Assembly: GCA_031414955.1 (NCBI GenBank)
Contig: JANOQV010000028.1
Coordinates: forward strand, 1 to 17,889
From: Pedosphaera sp.
GTDB lineage: Bacteria; Verrucomicrobiota; Verrucomicrobiia; Limisphaerales; SIBH01
DNA: 17,889 nucleotides
Direction: 5' to 3'
How positions within the stretch are numbered: position 1 is the first letter of the stretch; each line of letters starts with the position of its first letter. Made by a program: the position numbers and the translations under genes. The notes below the pieces were generated by a model. The model worked only from the letters and a program-made list of their open reading frames with translations, searched no databases and was not told the DNA's origin. Of this stretch, positions 14,652-17,889 are shown piece after piece.

Positions 14652-17600
14652 ATGAATGAAGCAATAAACAAAACACCAATCGCGGGCTTCGGCTCGAACA
14701 CCGAAAGCCCACGAGTGAAACCTCACGTGAATCCTCTCTCCAAGTGGCTGCTCGTCCTCCTGGGGACCCTCCTGCTGGTGGGATTCCGCGAGTCGGCGGC
14801 AGCGGCGTGCGCACCGACGATCGTGGGCCAACTGCCTCTCGCCGGAACCTACAAGAACGACATGAAGGTCTCAGGTGACCTGGTCTTTGTTGCGGTTAAC
14901 GGCAACCCTGGCTTGCTCCATATCATCAACGCGGCGAATCCGACGAGCCCCCAGTTGCTGAGCACATTGGCCGCGCCTCACAACGTGACCTTTCGCTCGC
15001 TGGCCGTCTCGGGGAACTACGTTTACATCGGAGGCCAAAGTAGGTTTTACGTGATCGACGTCTCCAACCCGGCTTTGCCCGTGGTTGTCAGTTCGCTTGG
15101 CGGCTACTACGATGTTACTGCTGTCACATACGAAGACGGCAAGGCCTATATCTCCGGTGCTGGCCCCAATGGGTACCACCTGCAAGTGATCGACGTCTCG
15201 AACCCAGCGAATCCAATAGCCATGGGTTCCGTACAAGTTGCGTCATTTTTTTCTAACACTTTGATTGTGAAAAACGGGTTTGCCTTCGTAGGAAGGTATG
15301 CCGTCGGGTTCTTCGTCGTCAACGTCTCGAATCCGTGGCTCCCCGTGAATGTCACCCGGATCGGAACTTATGGCTCCACAGGGAACGGTGTCCTCTCAGG
15401 CACAACCCTCTACGAAAGCTATGGGTCTGGAATCTCCGTCTGGGATGTCTCCAACCCGGCGGCTGCGGTGTACAAAGGCGGAATCGGTGGCTTTGGCACA
15501 CGTCCGATTATCGCGGTTGGCCCGGGCGATGTCCTCTACCATTCGGCGTTCGCACCGGATGGTTTCAGGGTCGTGGACATCTCCAGTCCGACTGGGCCTT
15601 GGCCGTATCGTGGCGTCCTGAATGGGCTGGCCACCGAGCTCCACGCCGCCGCCACCTCGGGCTTCTACGCATATGCAACCGATGCGACCAGGTTCCTCGT
15701 TATCGGCACAGCGGGTTGCCCCAGCGCCTCCCCGGAGATCGCCGCTTACAATGGCCCGGATACGACCTCGCCGGAATTGACCGATGGCCAGGCGGCCGCC
15801 GTGGATTTTGGCAATGTCCAACTGACCCAGTCCGCGCAGCGCCAGTTCACCATCCGTAACGCCGGCACTGCCGCCTTGAGCATCAGCGGCGTCACCTTCG
15901 CCGGCACACACGCGGCTGACTTCGCGGTCAGCGGAGTGCCCGCCTCGGTCGCACCCGCCAGCACCGCCACGTTCTCCGTCACCTTCACGCCTGGCGCCCT
16001 CGGCGCGCGCGGCGCCACGCTCCGCATCGCGAACAACGACGCGAATGAGAATCCGTTCGACTTCCCCATCACCGGCAACGCCGTTCCGCTCGACACCGAT
16101 GGCGACGGCTATCCCGACTCCACGGACATCTGTCCCGGCGTCGCCAATCCGAGCCAGTCCGATTACGACGGCGACCTGCTCGGTGACGCGTGCGACCCCG
16201 ACGACGACAACGATGGCGTGCTCGACGCGCAGGACCTCGAACCCCTCAATCCGAACAACGACAGCGACGGCGACGGCATTCCCAATCTCGCGGAAATCTC
16301 GGCGGGCACCAATCCGCTCAGCACCGACAGCGACGGCGATGGCAGCGCCGATGGCGTGGATGCCTTCCCAAGCAACGTCGCCGAAAGCGTGGACACCGAC
16401 GGCGACGGCACCGGCAACAACGCCGACCTCGATGACGACAACGACGGCACGCCCGACGCCAGCGACGCCTTCCCGCTTAATGCCGGCGAAAGCGTGGACA
16501 CCGATGGCGACGGCATCGGCAACAACGCCGACAACGACGATGACGGTGACGGCGTGGCCGATGCCAGCGACGCCTTCCCGCTCAATGCCGCGGAATCCGT
16601 GGACACCGACGGCGACGCCACCGGCAACAATGCCGACGCGGACGACGACGGCGACGGTGTGCTGGATGGCGCGGACGCCTTCCCGCTGAATCCGTTCGAG
16701 AGCGTGGACACCGACGGCGACGGCATTGGCAACAACACGGAGACGGACGACGACAACGACGGCGTGGGCGATGAGTTCGACGCCAATCCGCTCGACCCGA
16801 ACAGCGACAGCGATGGCGATGGCCTGACCGACTCCGCCGAAACCGCCGCCGGACTCAATCCGCTCGCTGCCGACTCGGACAACGACGGCACCGGCGACGC
16901 GACGGACGCCTTCCCGCTCAACGCCACCGAAAGCGTGGACAGCGACAACGACGGCACCGGCAACAACGCCGACCTCGATGACGACAACGACGGCACGCCC
17001 GATGCAACCGACGCCTTCCCGCTGAATCCTGCGGAAAGCGTGGACACCGACGGCGACGGCACCGGCAACAACGCCGACCCCGACGACGACAACGACGGCA
17101 GCACCGACGCGCAGGAAGCCACCGCTGGCACCGACCCGCTCGACAACGACAGCGATGACGACGGGCTCAACGACGGAGCCGAAGCCGCCGCCGGCACCAA
17201 CCCGCTCGACAGCGACAGCGACAACGACGGCCTGCTCGATGGCACGGAGACGGGCGTTGGCACCAACCCGCTGGATGCCGACAGCGACGACGACGGACTC
17301 AACGACGGCGACGAAGTGGCCGCCGGGGCCGATCCGCTGGATGCCGACACCGACAACGATGGCATTCTCGACGGCGCCGATCCGACACCGGCCGCGCCGG
17401 GTGTGCCCGCCGACTTCATCGAAGACCGCCTCTGCGCGCTCATTGCCTACATTGAGGCGACCGCGCTCGGCAGCTTCGACGCGAAGAATGCGAATGCCCA
17501 ATCAGGTCACCGCAACGCCCTGGCCAACCAGGTTCGCGCCGTGAAGGCCAAGGTCATTGCCGGAGACTACGATGGTGCCGCCGACAAGCTCGGCGGCGAA

Positions 17601-17717
17601 GTCCGCAGAAAAGTGGACGGCGTGGCCAATCCGCCCGACTGGTTGAAAGCCGGTCAGCCGAAGGATCACGTACGATCCGAGATTGACCTCATCGTGAGCC
17701 TCTTGAGGTTGCTCTAG
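14652..17717 (+). CDS. Large secreted protein: LVIVD repeats, Ig-like (choice-of-anchor D/ASH type) domain, thrombospondin type 3-like Ca-binding repeats and a helical C-terminal domain, 1021 aa
   Basis: AAGGA upstream of ATG 14652 (alternative GTG at 14715/14727); hydrophobic [17 protein letters not shown]; repeated [44 protein letters not shown]; many DxDGDG/DAFPLN repeats. Confidence 0.92.
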   Translation: MNEAINKTPIAGFGSNTESPRVKPHVNPLSKWLLVLLGTLLLVGFRESAAAACAPTIVGQLPLAGTYKNDMKVSGDLVFVAVNGNPGLLHIINAANPTSPQLLSTLAAPHNVTFRSLAVSGNYVYIGGQSRFYVIDVSNPALPVVVSSLGGYYDVTAVTYEDGKAYISGAGPNGYHLQVIDVSNPANPIAMGSVQVASFFSNTLIVKNGFAFVGRYAVGFFVVNVSNPWLPVNVTRIGTYGSTGNGVLSGTTLYESYGSGISVWDVSNPAAAVYKGGIGGFGTRPIIAVGPGDVLYHSAFAPDGFRVVDISSPTGPWPYRGVLNGLATELHAAATSGFYAYATDATRFLVIGTAGCPSASPEIAAYNGPDTTSPELTDGQAAAVDFGNVQLTQSAQRQFTIRNAGTAALSISGVTFAGTHAADFAVSGVPASVAPASTATFSVTFTPGALGARGATLRIANNDANENPFDFPITGNAVPLDTDGDGYPDSTDICPGVANPSQSDYDGDLLGDACDPDDDNDGVLDAQDLEPLNPNNDSDGDGIPNLAEISAGTNPLSTDSDGDGSADGVDAFPSNVAESVDTDGDGTGNNADLDDDNDGTPDASDAFPLNAGESVDTDGDGIGNNADNDDDGDGVADASDAFPLNAAESVDTDGDATGNNADADDDGDGVLDGADAFPLNPFESVDTDGDGIGNNTETDDDNDGVGDEFDANPLDPNSDSDGDGLTDSAETAAGLNPLAADSDNDGTGDATDAFPLNATESVDSDNDGTGNNADLDDDNDGTPDATDAFPLNPAESVDTDGDGTGNNADPDDDNDGSTDAQEATAGTDPLDNDSDDDGLNDGAEAAAGTNPLDSDSDNDGLLDGTETGVGTNPLDADSDDDGLNDGDEVAAGADPLDADTDNDGILDGADPTPAAPGVPADFIEDRLCALIAYIEATALGSFDAKNANAQSGHRNALANQVRAVKAKVIAGDYDGAADKLGGEVRRKVDGVANPPDWLKAGQPKDHVRSEIDLIVSLLRLL
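16362..17117 (+). repeat. 105-bp (35-aa) intragenic tandem repeats, [30 protein letters not shown]
   Basis: gccttccc anchors at 16362, 16467, 16572 and 16677, then 16908 and 17013. Confidence 0.9.
17127..17381 (+). repeat. 66-bp (22-aa) intragenic tandem repeats, GTxPLDxDSDxDGLxDGxE
   Basis: Units start at 17127, 17193, 17259 and 17325. Confidence 0.88.
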
Positions 17718-17730
17718 TTCGTAAGCCAAC

Positions 17731-17781
17731 GCACTCCCCGTCCTGCCGCCGGCCCGACCGGCGGCAGGACTCCGGGAGTGC
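17731..17781 (+). terminator. Strong GC hairpin after the large gene (terminator or mRNA-stabilising stem)
   Basis: Perfect 13-bp stem 17740-17752/17758-17770 with a 5-nt loop, plus outer stem gcactccc/gggagtgc; only a weak T tract follows. Confidence 0.6.
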
Positions 17782-17889
17782 GGGTTTGGCCTACCCCCAG
17801 CCGGTGGAGTGGCAGAAATCCGGGGCGGATTGCCCAGCCCCCAAAGTGGTGTACCGAAAAACATGTCAAACCGATTAAACGACGAGGCC

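Noticed and set aside
16362..17381. CRISPR array
   Set aside because: The repeats are in-frame coding units of 105 and 66 bp without unique spacers; no cas genes.
15396..17501. Long antisense ORFs (701 aa and 426 aa)
   Set aside because: Shadows of the GC-rich repetitive plus-strand gene; low-complexity translations with no recognisable motifs.

Overview
GC-rich bacterial window. The gene families point to the PVC superphylum, most likely Verrucomicrobiota (inference). Left (1-6364, minus strand): a c-type heme-binding dehydrogenase-like protein, an O-methyltransferase and a PSCyt1/DUF1549/DUF1553 cytochrome c protein that runs off the left edge. Middle (6465-10433): an ECF sigma factor bracketed by two different REP-like inverted doublets, divergent from a membrane Ser/Thr kinase with a 7-repeat FG-GAP ectodomain. 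The most unusual part is 10434-14390, an integrase-free mosaic. It holds three self-promoted toxin-antitoxin-like modules (two nucleotidyltransferase pairs and one Phd-VapC), interleaved with orphan 3' ends of other genes: two ubiD tails starting at the same codon, a frameshifted enolase-superfamily tail, and two ~300-bp copies of a TIGR03803-like repeat gene end. Right (14652-17717): a 1021-aa secreted LVIVD/Ig-like/thrombospondin type 3 repeat protein followed by a strong hairpin. All family calls come from motif recognition, not database searches.
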